Positions 49,222 to 61,951 of a stretch of 64,000 bases of DNA are shown piece by piece. The DNA is from Selaginella moellendorffii. Its lineage: Eukaryota; Plantae; Lycopodiophyta. Where the stretch lies: contig NW_003314325.1 of NCBI RefSeq assembly GCF_000143415.4, positions 714,086 through 778,085 on the forward strand, read 5' to 3'. Numbering within the stretch: the stretch's first letter is position 1; each line of letters starts with the position of its first letter. The notes under the pieces were generated by a model. The model saw only the letters and a program-made list of their open reading frames with translations, was not told the origin of the DNA and did not search any database. Both the position numbers and the translations under genes were made by a program.

Positions 49222-50129
49222 ATGGGCAATCCGGTGGGGCTTCCTCTACTGCTGGCGATCACTAGCGTCATCGCGACGGCATTTAAGTGGCATTCCGCGC
49301 CTCACAAGGTGCCATTCTGGTGGAATCTGCAGGGTAAAATCCATAGATTTCTATCGGCATTGTCTGATATCTAGATCTTCTAGGGCATCCCGTGGCCTGG
49401 GTGCCGCGATGGATCGGTCTCTTCGCGCTCCCGGTGCTCCAGTTCCTGATTCCATATGTCATCTATCAATTCGCCGCGCGCGATAGGGATCTGGAGCGAC
49501 AGGGGTGAGTGATTTCTCCCAATTCTTCCAGATCTAGCACGGGAAATCTGATCGTCTGGGTGGATTTCCAGCGGAGAGTCAAAGCACGCGGCAGCACACG
49601 TGATATCCGTGCCGGCATTGTTCCTGTTCTTCGTTCACATTTTCGTGATCTTAGATGCGGCAACGAGTCCCAGCCATGACTTTCATCCTCGTCTCTTCGT
49701 TGCGAGCATAGCCTTGTGGCTACTCTTCTGGTTTGGATATAACATCCAGGTACCATCGAATTTTCATGCCTTGATCTTTCATGGTTTCATGCGATTTCTT
49801 CTTTGATTCTTCCAGTATGTGGAGTTTAATTCCACCATTGGCATTCTAACCCCATGGACAGTATCAAATTCTACTGTCTGGAAGCAAACCCAGAATCATG
49901 CAAGTACGTGACATTCTTTTGGTTCCTTTGGTTTTTTTTTAACAAAACTTTGTGTGTAGGTGTGATTCTTATGTTGTTTGGAATCATATTACTCATTATT
50001 TCGCTGGTGTGCCCCTTGGGAACTGGATTTTTAGTGACAACTCTAGTGCTTATATTTGCTCCTTTCTTTTATTTCCTGATTTATTCTTATTGTATCTTAT
50101 CAAACAGTGGCGAACGATTACTACCTTGA
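49222..50129 (+). CDS. SdpI/DUF1648-like integral membrane protein, 5 exons, 222 aa
   Basis: Exons 49222-49333, 49384-49504, 49572-49749, 49816-49903 and 49960-50129 have GT-AG introns and total 669 nt in frame. Motifs PHKVPFWWNLQG and NSTIGILTPWTVSNSTVWKQT, about 6 hydrophobic segments. Confidence 0.82.
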
Positions 50130-51619
50130 ATAATGCAATATATAAGTAACCATATTCTATCTTAACTAAGTAGCTCTTCTTAATGAGACATGTTTAGGTT
50201 GAAAGTTTATAAATATAAACATAAATATAAATATATATATAAATATAACTATTTTCTGCTAGTAATTATGAAAATTTTAAATATAATTTGTAAAACACAA
50301 ATCAACACTAAAATAGTTTATAGGTTATAAATATGTTTATAAATTTTATAATAACAACTGTTAAATGGTTGAATATTCCAGAATGTCCAAACATATATCA
50401 ACTGCTAACAATGGATTTGCTTAAGCAAAATAATCATTTATAAAAATAAGAAAAAATTTATTTGGCAAAAAAAAATTTACTACCAAATAATTGTGATCTA
50501 AATCACAATAATCACTCAAAGACACACCACACATCCCCAACTCTATTGTAAGATTGGATGAGAAATGTGAATGGATTCTCTAGGTTTAATCAAGCTCACT
50601 AAAGCCTTAAATTGGCTCAAAATCTAAAAGATTTGCTATTGAAATTTGTAATTCAGCATATAATGATCACTCTTCTCATCTTCCTCCTAATCACAATTCT
50701 AGAAAACTTTGTATTTACTAGTATACATAGCTTCATATATAGATTTCATTCCTTGTTAATTTCAATAGTTTAGATTTACAATATGAGCTTGGTGGCTGAT
50801 TTCCTGTATATCATAAGCCATTACTACCATTTTTGGTTTGCTTAAGCAAAACTGTAGGAAGACTGAAATGGTAGTGACTATACTTGAAATATGCTTGAAT
50901 ATTCTAGGATGTTTTACAATCTAATGGTTATTATTCATTTAAATTAATCTTGTATTTATAATTTATAAACATGTTTATAATTTATAAAATTTCATAAACA
51001 CTTTCTAGTATATTCTATTTTATTCTACCATCTATGCAATAAGATTGATCTTATGTTTATAATTATGAATTTCCATTTGATCAAATGGATTAATAAATAA
51101 GAATAACACAACTATTAAGAAAATCAAAAATTGTTACATAGAAAATTATTAATCACGTAGGCTAACATGGGACAATATCAAACTAAAAATATGAAGTATT
51201 AAGATGGTTTAATAAAACAAAACTGAACAATTAATCTAGTAATTTTGGTGTAAAATTGGAGCTACACAATGGAATTAGGCAAAGCTCTTAATTCCTGTTT
51301 AGGAACAATCTCTTGGAAGATAACTTTGAGCAAGGAAGCTTTTTGCTTGAATCCATACCCTCATATATGTTTGAGCAGGGTTATTATAAATTCAAGAATA
51401 AATAAAGGCTATAATAAAAAGTGGAGAAAAGAAATGTAAATGCATGGAATTTAAGTGTGAGTTTGTGTTCGTGCTCCTGGATCTTTATCTATGGGAGATT
51501 TCCCCCTTTTGTTTGCTCAATCTATTCTCTTTTCTCTTGGCTCTCCAGAAATTATGGCTCCTACTCGAAAGCCTGTGCTTGCATCGCTCCTCTCATGCCT
51601 GGTCATCACTGCGGCTTTT

Positions 51620-52480
51620 CTCTCCAAAATATAAATGAGTTTTCTTGTACCCGTAGATGGACTTAGGACAGTCGTCCGAGATGTAGATCGTATAGTAGAT
51701 GTGCATTTCACGTAGACGATGCTTCCATAAGTATGGATAGTGCTGTCCTTTTGGAAAGTGCTGGTTTGTCCGATCATCGCAACCGTGTCAACATAATCGA
51801 AAACGCACAACTGGATGTATGGCCGCTGCGGCTGCCTGGAGGAAGCGCGATCGGTCTTCGATTCTACGTCGGATCCCAATCTCTTCTCTTGGAATCTCAC
51901 CCTCCAGGCCTACATTCGCAACCACGACCTGGAGCAGGCGCGATCGGTCCTGGAAAGCATACCGCGGCAGGAGATTGTGTCCAGCAACGGCACGATCTCG
52001 GCATACGCCGTGGCCGGGGACGTGCAGCGCGCCAGCTCTTCGATCGCATCCCATTCCATCACCTGGAACCCGATGATCGAGATGTACTCGCAGGGTTATT
52101 CCAGCAGAAAACAGCGCTTCTCAAAATCTAGAAATTGTATACGCTTCCACTGCCGCGAGCGCTGCCTTCAGGGTCAATGAACGTGTCCTCCGACTCGAAA
52201 TTCACAACCAGCAAAGACTGTGACGAATCCAGCAGAGTAGACCCGGCGAGCAAGATCATCCATTTCTTGACCACTATATTTTCTCGAGTCAAGCTTAACT
52301 TCAAAGAGCAAAACATGGCCTAGAAACATGGCCTAGCCGTGTAAAGGAAGGCTAAGATCCACAGAAAAAACGTCATGGAAAACACACAGAGAGTTCTCCT
52401 ATGGAGCACTGTAGTTTGCCGATGGATCGCCATGGTCGTCGCTGGTGTGGACACAGAAACTATCGAGATTTTGCAGCAAC
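51620..52480 (+). repeat. Inverted and internally deleted segment of the first right-array unit
   Basis: Pieces match 4525-4720, 5170-5450 and 1115-1470 in + orientation, while both flanks are in - orientation. Confidence 0.88.
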
Positions 52481-52984
52481 CAAACGAGTGAAAAATAGGT
52501 GGCCATAGAGACTGGAAACCTCCAAATACGCTGCGTTCTAGCTGATAGTCGTCAGCTGCTCTATACCGATGGCTTTCCAGTAAGAAACGTGTTTAACCGT
52601 GTTATATGTGCTTGCTTCAATGGAGCGTCCAACACCGCTCAAACAGGAGGCTTGGACATGCGAGTGATAGTAAGCAAGATAAGCAGGGTCTGACCTGAGG
52701 TTCTGCTCCGCCTCCACCACATCCAGCAGCTGATGATATCTCCAGAGGATCTCAAGGTCTGTCAATCTTTCTCCTCGAGTTTTAACAAGTTTGTCCTTTT
52801 ACTGAGATCTTGATTATCTCTTAAGGTTTCTAAGCAATGCACGGCGTTATTGCTTTCTACAAAGACACAACGAGAGTCCTTGTTAACACTCTTGGATTTC
52901 AAAGTTATGGAGGCACACGCTCCATACGTCTGGGTGGGATGTTTTCTCAGAAATCCTGGAGGTCTCGAGTTTTCTTGACTTTTA

Positions 52985-53512
52985 GGGAAGGTCAGGTATG
53001 GACGTCCATGAGCAAGATGAGATAGCAGTTTCGCAATGGTTTCAAGAAGCATGAGCCGCAGGTCTTCGAGCTCATAACCTTTCCAAAGTTTGGCATTGGA
53101 CAGCGTGCGTTTCTCATCCAGACTCAAGGTATGTATATGGCCGTTGTGCATTTTTTATGGTTTTTATGTTTTTGATAGAGGGAAACATACTGTGGGACTG
53201 CATCTCATTTCTAGACGATGCCACAGTGGCGATAATCAAGTCACTAGGTGGATTGAGAGCGATTGCCATTTCTCACCCGTATTACTACAGCACAAGGCTT
53301 CCCGGTTTATACCCGCGAATGGTATTGTCTACCTTTGTTTCTCTCTTTCATTTCGATCTCTCTGTATCCATACTTTTGCAGAATGGTTTACCAGCACGAA
53401 AAGGTGAAGTTCTACTATGGGAGGGACTCACGCTTTTAGCCTTGCACAAATCCTCCACTGGTCTCATGGAGCTCAAGGAGAGGTGTTTTATTCACTGGAG
53501 ATATCTTACAGG
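52985..53512 (+). pseudogene. MBL-fold hydrolase fragment (copy)
   Basis: Same motifs as 3460-4035, with a TAG stop and deletions. Confidence 0.78.
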
Positions 53513-54015
53513 TATAAACTTCTGTCGTTTACAAACTTTGTTTTCGTTTTGTTTTCCTCACTCCATGTTTGATTTGTAGGTGGGGATAAACAACAAAACA
53601 GTGAGCATAATGAGATCGTACCCAAAGTATATACCACTCGTCCATGTTTGATTTGTAGGTGGGGATGGACAACAAAATAGTGATGATAGTGAGATCGTAT
53701 CTAAACTATGTACCACTCTTGTCAAGCCACACTAAAAGGATAGGCCAGGTGATCGAGCCATGGGATTTTGGGAGGCTCTACATTGCGTTTCAGGACAGAA
53801 AGGATGACGCTGCTTAAGCATCACAATTATTGATTGACTCTCAAGTAATGAATCAGACTGAAACTCGAGATGCTTTTCTGATTATGATTTGCCATAACAT
53901 TGTTTCCAAAGTTAAATTGGACATTTGTTTTTGTGAGGGAGAAAATAACTTAGAGTGAGCAGTGTTACAGCATACACAGTGGATACATGGAGTTTCTTTT
54001 TACAAGATCTTTTGT

Positions 54016-54660
54016 CTAACCTCTAAGCTTCTCCAATGCTTGTCTTACATCTTCAACTCTTGCAATTTCCTTAAGCAGATTGTTTATCTTCTTCAATTCA
54101 TCATATTTATGCCCTTTCCTGTTTTTGAATGCCCGGATGACAATTCCATTGCTGGGCTGCAAGCAAAAGGACTCTGGCTTGTCGTCCACGATCACCGTGT
54201 GTTTGAGGTCCCGCCCTAACCTTGAAAGATTTTTCACAACCTTTCTCCCTCCCACTTCCTTGGGCGAGCATAAATCTCTGTAGAGGCGATGGGTGAAGAG
54301 ATTCCCAGCTGGGTCGAGCCTATCCAATATCCTGTCCGCATAAGGCTTCACCGCTCGAGTAAAAACCACGATCTCATATATTTGACTCATCTCATTTAGA
54401 AATGTATCCACACCTGGTCGCTTTGCGACAAGGTAGCGCTGCAATGGAAGAGTCCTCCCACTGAAGAGCTTGAGGGACGCTGTGGCCTTGTGGGCATGAA
54501 TTAGTGTCTCGTCCATGTCTAACACAAGCGTGGGTTTCTCCTCCAAAGCTGGCGGTAATAGTGGAGAACTGTGTGTCACCTTTACCTTTTTGTTCTTTAC
54601 TTTGGTCACCATGTCGAGCGTTGCAAAACTCCAATCGCCATATTCTCTCACCCTCTTCAT
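54016..54660 (-). CDS. FCP1/SCP-like (NIF) phosphatase, copy 2, 214 aa
   Basis: LVLDMDETLIH, KRPGV, KNLSRLGRDL, IVDD. Confidence 0.9.
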   Translation of the reverse strand: MKRVREYGDWSFATLDMVTKVKNKKVKVTHSSPLLPPALEEKPTLVLDMDETLIHAHKATASLKLFSGRTLPLQRYLVAKRPGVDTFLNEMSQIYEIVVFTRAVKPYADRILDRLDPAGNLFTHRLYRDLCSPKEVGGRKVVKNLSRLGRDLKHTVIVDDKPESFCLQPSNGIVIRAFKNRKGHKYDELKKINNLLKEIARVEDVRQALEKLRG

Positions 54661-55894
54661 CGCTCTGATAAAAAAGAAAGAAAGAACGCAAGCCCTAATT
54701 GTAAAGGATCTTTATAAATCAAATTAAATACACTTTACTAAATATACCATAATTCTGGCCGTAGAAAATTTCATGGATTTTTTCTCTCAGGCTCGCTGGT
54801 TTTGGAGGTGGGAGCGTTGTCCCGCTTAAATGGCAATCCACAGTTTGAGAGGAGTATGCGCAGTACTAGTGAACTGAACTTACTGGGAACGAACCTTGAC
54901 ATAACTGAAGATTTGTTCGATTGCATATTCTGGAACGCAGAGAGAGTTCAGTAGCTTTGGTTCTGACCTCCAGCATGGATGTAAAGCGGATTTGAGTCAC
55001 TGAAGGCGGAAGTTTGCTGGCTGAGAAAGAATCCAACAGCTCCAAATTTCCTTTAGCTCCAATCTAAACTCGCCTCAAGATGTTCGTCTTTCGCTGATAT
55101 CTATTCTGACTTGAGCATTGAGAACGTGTGTTTCATTGTAGATCATTCCAACCATGGTGGTGAAACCATGGTTATCAACATTAAGGTGCTACTACTGCCA
55201 CTGGAGTAAAAGTTTGTGCGAGCTTTTGTGTGAGTTCGTGCTCTTGGATGTTTATCTATGGGAGATTGCCCCCTTTGTTTGCTCAATCTATTCTCTTTTC
55301 TCTTGGCTCTCCAGAAATTATGGCTCCTACTCGAAAGCTTGTGCTTGCATCGCTCCTCTCATGCCTGGTCATCACTGCGGCTTTTGCTGCTGCAGTTTTG
55401 TTTAGTTCTTTCTCCAAAATCTCGATAGTTTCTGTGTCCACACCAGCGACGACCATGGCGATCCATCAGCAAACTACAGTGCTCAATAGTATAACTCTCT
55501 GTGTGTTTTTCATGACGTTTTTTCTGTGGATCTTAGCCTTCCTTTACACGGCTAGGCCATGTTTTGTTCTTTGAAGTTAAGCTTGACTCGAGAAAATAAA
55601 GTGGTCAAGAAATGGATGATCTTGCTCGCCGGGTCTACTCTGCTGGATTTGTCACAGTCTTCGCTGGTTGTGAATTTCGAGTCGGAGGACACGTTCATTG
55701 ACCCTGAAGGCAGCGCTCGCGGCAGTGGAAGCGTATACAATTTCTAGATTTTGAAAAGCGCTGTTTTCTGCTAGATTCCAAGTGGCTTGCAGGTTGGTGG
55801 TGGTATAAACTCGGGGAACGCGAAGTCCTATCTCGATACTGGAGCAAGTCATGTGTTGTCACCTCGGTAAGTGTTTTATATCAGTCTTGGAATT

Positions 55895-56952
55895 TAACTC
55901 TTAACATTGTGTGTGTGTGAGATTAAGTTTTGCTCTGGCATTCTCTCGAGAGCGAGGAGTGCAATGCGATCGTCTGGATGGCAATGGTGCCGGATTTCGC
56001 TCACAAGGGACTCCTCTTGGAAACTCGAGTTTGGTGCCCGGAAGAGGCTCATTGCTTCTTGGAGGTGGCCAATTCCAGAGATAGGCCGAGAGGAGCACTG
56101 TGCGCGCCATCTTGCTCTTGTAAGGCATTCGATCGTAAATAAACTTTGCATTTTCAAGATGGTTTCTAGAGGTGAGCATATGGATCATTGTTGCCCAAGA
56201 GATGAGCCATCTTTAGGAAGGAATCTAGTGCCTCGTCCAAATGCCCATTCGAGGCATATGCGCCAAGCATGGAGTTCCAAGCCACCACGTGCCTCTCAAA
56301 CAAACATTTAGCCTCCTCCAAGCAGCCATGAGGTGCATAGCCGTCGATCATAGCCGTAAATGCCACCTCATTAAGATCCGGGGCATCTTCAAAGAGATTC
56401 TTTGCTTGCCCCATATGCCCGGCCTGGTGATCATGGTCGTCCATGTTACTAGGGCATTCTATCAAAGAGATCTTTAGCTTCATCCAGCCGCTGGTTCTGG
56501 CAGTGGCCTTGGATCATGGCCGTCCACGGCGCGTGAGAGATGCCCGTTATGGGCCATGGCCGTGCTAGAAACGGGGGTTTGCTCCGGCATGGAGTGGAAT
56601 ACCGCCTCCGCCTCGCCGAGATTGCCACTCGGCGAGTACATCTCGATCATCGCGTTCCAGGTGATGGAATTCTTTGCAGGGATGCGATCGAAGAGCTGCT
56701 TGGCGCGCTGCACGTCCCCGGCCGCGGCTTCAGGTCGTGGTTGCGAATGTAGGCCTGGAGGGTGAGATTCCAAGAGAAGAGATTGGGATCCGAGGTAGAA
56801 TCGAAGACCGATCGCGCTTCCTCCAGGCAGCCGCAGCGGCCATACATCTGGACGAGGAGATTTCGCAGGAAGACGCTGTTGTTGTGGTCGCTGTGAAGGA
56901 TCTGGGCGATGGATCCGGCGGCCATTGTCGCAAGATGTGACGAGGGCGGCAA
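55895..56952 (-). pseudogene. PPR pseudogene fragment (copy)
   Basis: QMYGRCGCLEEARSVFD, GNLGEAEAVFHSMP and AGHMGQAKNLFE across frames. Confidence 0.85.
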
Positions 56953-57988
56953 GCTCTTATGCGCATCGCATCATGGCCGTTGGATGATGGGGACGTCCGA
57001 GGTTCAAGTCCTGGCAGGTTCTAGCTTCCCGATGTTTTTCACGGCATCCCCCATCGCTCAGCTGCACTCCAAATGCCGGGCGCGCTCGTCAACGACAGAA
57101 TTAACTTCCTGGACACAAGTGGAAGAGAGCAGGCTGGTTTTCCGGGCGATGGATCAAAAGGATATCATCTCCTAATGTCTTGCGCAGCTTACGTTTGGGT
57201 TGAGCGTCTCAGCGGCAGTGCAAGATCTATCCTATCCGGTAAGCTCTTATTCCGTTTGCTCTCTTCTTGTTTCTTCTTTTCCAGTTGTGAGTTTTCGATT
57301 ATGTTGACACGGTTGTGATGATCGGACAAGCCAGCACTTTCCAAAAGGACAGCACTATCCATACTTATGGAAGCATCGTCTACGTGAAATGCACATCTAC
57401 TATACGATCTACATCTCGGACGACTGTCCTAAGTCCATCTACCGGTACAAGAAAACTCATTTATATTTTGGAGAGAACTAAACGAGTGAAAAAAAGGTGG
57501 CCATAGAGACTGGAACCCTCCAAATACGCTGCGTTCTAGCTGATAGTCGTCAGCTGCTCTATACCGATGGCTTTCCAGTAAGAAACGTGTTTAACCGTGT
57601 TATATGCGCTTGCTTCAATGGAGCGTTCAACACCGCTCAAACAGGAGGCTTGGACATGCGAGTGATAGTAAGCAAGATAAGCAGGGTCTGACCTGAGGTT
57701 CTGCTCCGCCTCCACCACATCCAGCAGCTGATGATATCTCCAGAGGATCTCAAGGTCTGTCAATCTTTCTCCTCGAGTTTTAACAAGTTTGTCCTTTTAC
57801 TGAAATCTTGGTTATCTCTTAAGGTTTCTAAGCAATGCACGGCGTTATTGCTTTCTACAAAGACACCACGAGAGTCCTTGTTAACACTCTTGGATTTCAA
57901 AGTTATGGAGGCACACGCTCCATACGTCTGGGTGGGATGTTTTCTCAGAAATCCTGGAGGTCTCGAGTTTTCTTGACTTTTAGTTTTA

Positions 57989-58516
57989 GGGAAGGTCAGG
58001 TATGGACGTCCATGAGCAAGATGAGATTGCAGTTTCGCAATGGTTTCAAGACGCATGAGCCGCAGGTCTTCGAGATCATAACCTTTCCAAAGTTTGGCAT
58101 TGGACAGCGTGCGTTTCTCATCCAGACTCAAGGTATGTATATGGCCGTTGTGCATTTTTTATGGTTTTTATGTTTTTGATAGAGGGAAACATACTGTGGG
58201 ACTGCATCTCATTTCTAGACGATGCCACAGTGGCGATAATCAAGTCACTAGGTGGATTGAGAGCGATTGCCATTTCTCACCCGTATTACTACAGCACAAG
58301 GCTTCCCGGTTTATACCCGCGAATGGTATTGTCTACCTTTGTTTCTCTCTTTCATTTCGATCTCTCTGTATCCATACTTTTGCAGAATGGTTTACCAGCA
58401 CGAAAAGGTGAAGTTCTACTATGGGAGGGACTCACGCTTTTAGCCTTGCACAAATCCTCCACTGGTCTCATGGAGCTCAAGGAGAGGTGTTTTATTCACT
58501 GGAGATATCTTACAGG
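57989..58516 (+). pseudogene. MBL-fold hydrolase fragment (copy)
   Basis: FGIGQRAFLIQT, GNILWDCISFLDD, AISHPYYYS. Confidence 0.78.
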
Positions 58517-59019
58517 TATAAACTTCTGTCGTTTACAAACTTTGTTTTCGTTTTGTTTTCCTCACTCCATGTTTGATTTGTAGGTGGGGATAAACAACAA
58601 AACAGTGAGCATAATGAGATCGTACCCAAAGTATATACCACTCGTCCATGTTTGATTTGTAGGTGGGGATGGACAACAAAATAGTGATGATAGTGAGATC
58701 GTATCTAAACTATGTACCACTCTTGTCAAGCCACACTAAAAGGATAGGCCAGGTGATCGAGCCATGGGATTTTGGGAGGCTCTACATTGCGTTTCAGGAC
58801 AGAAAGGATGACGCTGCTTAAGCATCACAATTATTGATTGACTCTCAAGTAATGAATCAGACTGAAACTCGAGATGCTTTTCTGATTATGATTTGCCATA
58901 ACATTGTTTCCAAAGTTAAATTGGACATTTGTTTTTGTGAGGGAGAAAATAACTTAGAGTGAGCAGTGTTACAGCATACACAGTGGATACATGGAGTTTC
59001 TTTTTACAAGATCTTTTGT

Positions 59020-59664
59020 CTAACCTCTAAGCTTCTCCAATGCTTGTCTTACATCTTCAACTCTTGCAATTTCCTTAAGCAGATTGTTTATCTTCTTCAA
59101 TTCATCATATTTATGCCCTTTCCTGTTTTTGAATGCCCGGATGACAATTCCATTGCTGGGCTGCAAGCAAAAGGACTCTGGCTTGTCGTCCACGATCACC
59201 GTGTGTTTGAGGTCCCGCCCTAACCTTGAAAGATCTTTCACAACCTTTCTCCCTCCCACTTCCTTGGGCGAGCATGAATCTCTGTAGAGGCGATGGGTGA
59301 AGAGATTCCCAGCTGGGTCGAGCCTATCCAATATCCTGTCCGCATAAAGCTTCACCGCCCGAGTAAAAACCACGATCTCGTATATTTGACTCATCTCATT
59401 TAGAAATGTATCCACACCTGGCCGCTTTGCGACAAGGTAGCGCTGCAATGGAAGAGTCTTCCCACTGAAGAGCTTGAGGGACGCTGTGGCCTTGTGGGCA
59501 TGAATTAGTGTCTCATCCATGTCTAACACAAGCGTGGGTTTCTCCTCCAAAGCTGGCGGTAGTAGTGGAGAACTGTGTGTCACCTTTACCTTTTTGTTCT
59601 TTACTTTGGTCACCATGTCGAGCGTTGCAAAACTCCAATCGCCATATTCTCTCGCCCTCTTCAT
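59020..59664 (-). CDS. FCP1/SCP-like (NIF) phosphatase, copy 3, 214 aa
   Basis: LVLDMDETLIH, KRPGV, RDSC, KDLSRLGRDL, IVDD; the copy closest to the family consensus. Confidence 0.9.
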   Translation of the reverse strand: MKRAREYGDWSFATLDMVTKVKNKKVKVTHSSPLLPPALEEKPTLVLDMDETLIHAHKATASLKLFSGKTLPLQRYLVAKRPGVDTFLNEMSQIYEIVVFTRAVKLYADRILDRLDPAGNLFTHRLYRDSCSPKEVGGRKVVKDLSRLGRDLKHTVIVDDKPESFCLQPSNGIVIRAFKNRKGHKYDELKKINNLLKEIARVEDVRQALEKLRG

Positions 59665-60899
59665 CGCTCTGATAAAAAAGAAAGAAAGAACGCAAGCCCT
59701 AATTGTAAAGGATCTTTATAAATCAAATTAAATACACTTTACTAAATATACCATAATTCTGGCCGTAGAAAATTTCATGGATTTTTTCTCTCAGGCTCGC
59801 TGGTTTTGGAGGTGGGAGCGTTGTCCCGCTTAAATGGCAATCCACAGTTTGAGAGGAGTATGCGCAGTACTAGTGAACTGAACTTACTGGGAACGAACCT
59901 TGACATAACTGAAGATTTGTTCGATCACATATTCTGGAACGCAGAGAGAGTTCAGTAGCTTTGGTTCTGACCTCCAGCATGGATGTGAAGCGGATTTGAG
60001 TCACTGAAGGCGGAATTTTGCCGGCTGAGAAAGAATCCAACAGCTCCAAATTTCCTTTAGCTCCAATCTAAACTCGCCTCAAGATGTTCGTCTTTTGCTG
60101 ATATCTATTCTGACTTGAGCATTGAGAACGTGTGTTTCATTGTAGATCATTCCAACCATGGTGGTGAAACCATGGTTATCAACGTTAAGGTGCTACTACA
60201 GCCACTGGAGGAAAAGTTTGTTCGAGCTTTTGTGTGAGTTCGTGCTCTTGGATCTTTATCTATGGGCGATTGCCCCCTTTGTTTGCTCAATCTATTCTCT
60301 TTTCTCTTGGCTCTCCAGAAATTATGGCTCCTACTCGAAAGCTTGTGCTTGCATCGCTCCTCTCATGCCTGGTCATCACTGCGGCTTTTGCTGCTGCAGT
60401 TTTGTTTAGTTCTTTCTCCAAAATCTCGATAGTTTCTGTGTCCACACCAGCGACGACCATGGCGATCCATCAGCAAACTACAGTGCTCAATAGTATAACT
60501 CTCTGTGTGTTTTTCATGACGTTTTTTCTGTGGATCTTAGCCTTCCTTTACACGGCTAGGCCATGTTTTGTTCTTTGAAGTTAAGCTTGACTCGAGAAAA
60601 TAAAGTGGTCAAGAAATGGATGATCTTGCTCGCCGGGTCTACTCTGCTGGATTTGTCACAGTCTTCGCTGGTTGTGAATTTCGAGTCGGAGGACACGTTC
60701 ATTGACCCTGAAGGCAGCGCTCGCGGCAGTGGAAGCGTATACAATTTCTAGATTTTGAAAAGCGCTGTTTTCTGCTAGATTCCAAGTGGCTTGCAGGTTG
60801 GTGGTGGTATAAACTCGGGGAACGCGAAGTCCTATCTCGATACTGGAGCAAGTCATGTGTTGTCACCTCGGTAAGTGTTTTATATCAGTCTTGGAATTT

Positions 60900-61951
60900 A
60901 ACTCTTAACATTGTGTGTGTGTGAGATTAAGTTTTTGCTCTGGCATTCTCTCGAGAGCGAGGAGTGCAATGCGATCGTCTGGATGGCAATGGTGCCGGAT
61001 TTCGCTCACAAGGGACTCCTCTTGGAAACTCGAGTTTGGTGCCCGGAAGAGGCTCATTGCTTCTTGGAGGTGGCCAATTCCAGAGATAGGCCGAGAGGAG
61101 CACTGTGCGCGCCATCTTGCTCTTGTAAGGCATTCGATCGTAAATAAACTTTGCATTTTCAAGATGGTTTCTAGAGGTGAGCATATGGATCATTGTTGCC
61201 CAAGAGATGAGCCATCTTTAGGAAGGAATCTAGTGCCAAATGCCCATTCGAGGCATATGCGCCAAGCATGGAGTTCCAAGCCACCACGTGCCTCTCAAAC
61301 AAACATTTAGCCTCCTCCAAGCAGCCATGAGGTGCATAGCCGTCGATCATAGCCGTAAATGCCACCTCATTAAGATCCGGGGCATCTTCAAAGAGATTCT
61401 TTGCTTGCTCCATATGCCCGGCCTGGTGATCATGGTCGTCCATGTTACTAGGGCATTCTATCAAAGAGATCTTTAGCTTCATCCAGCCGCTGGTTCTGGC
61501 AGTGGCCTTGGATCATGGCCGTCCACGGCGCGTGAGAGATGCCCGTTATGGGTCATGGCCGTGCTAGAAACGGGGGTTTGCTCCGGCATGGAGTGGAATA
61601 CCGCCTCCGCCTCGCCGAGATTGCCACTCGGCGAGTACATCTCGATCATCGCGTTCCAGGTGATGGAATTCTTTGCAGGGATGCGATCGAAGAGCTGCTT
61701 GGCGCGCTGCACGTCCCCGGCCGCGGCTTCAGGTCGTGGTTGCAAATGTAGGCCTGGAGGGTGAGATTCCAAGAGAAGAGATTGGGATCCGAGGTAGAAT
61801 CGAAGACCGATCGCGCTTCCTCCAGGCAGCCGCAGCGGCCATACATCTGGACGAGGAGATTTCGCAGGAAGACGCTGTTGTTGTGGTCGCTGTGAAGGAT
61901 CTGGGCGATGGATCCGGCGGCCATTGTCGCAAGATGTGACGAGGGCGGCAA
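60900..61951 (-). pseudogene. PPR pseudogene fragment (copy)
   Basis: Near-identical to 55895-56952. Confidence 0.85.
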
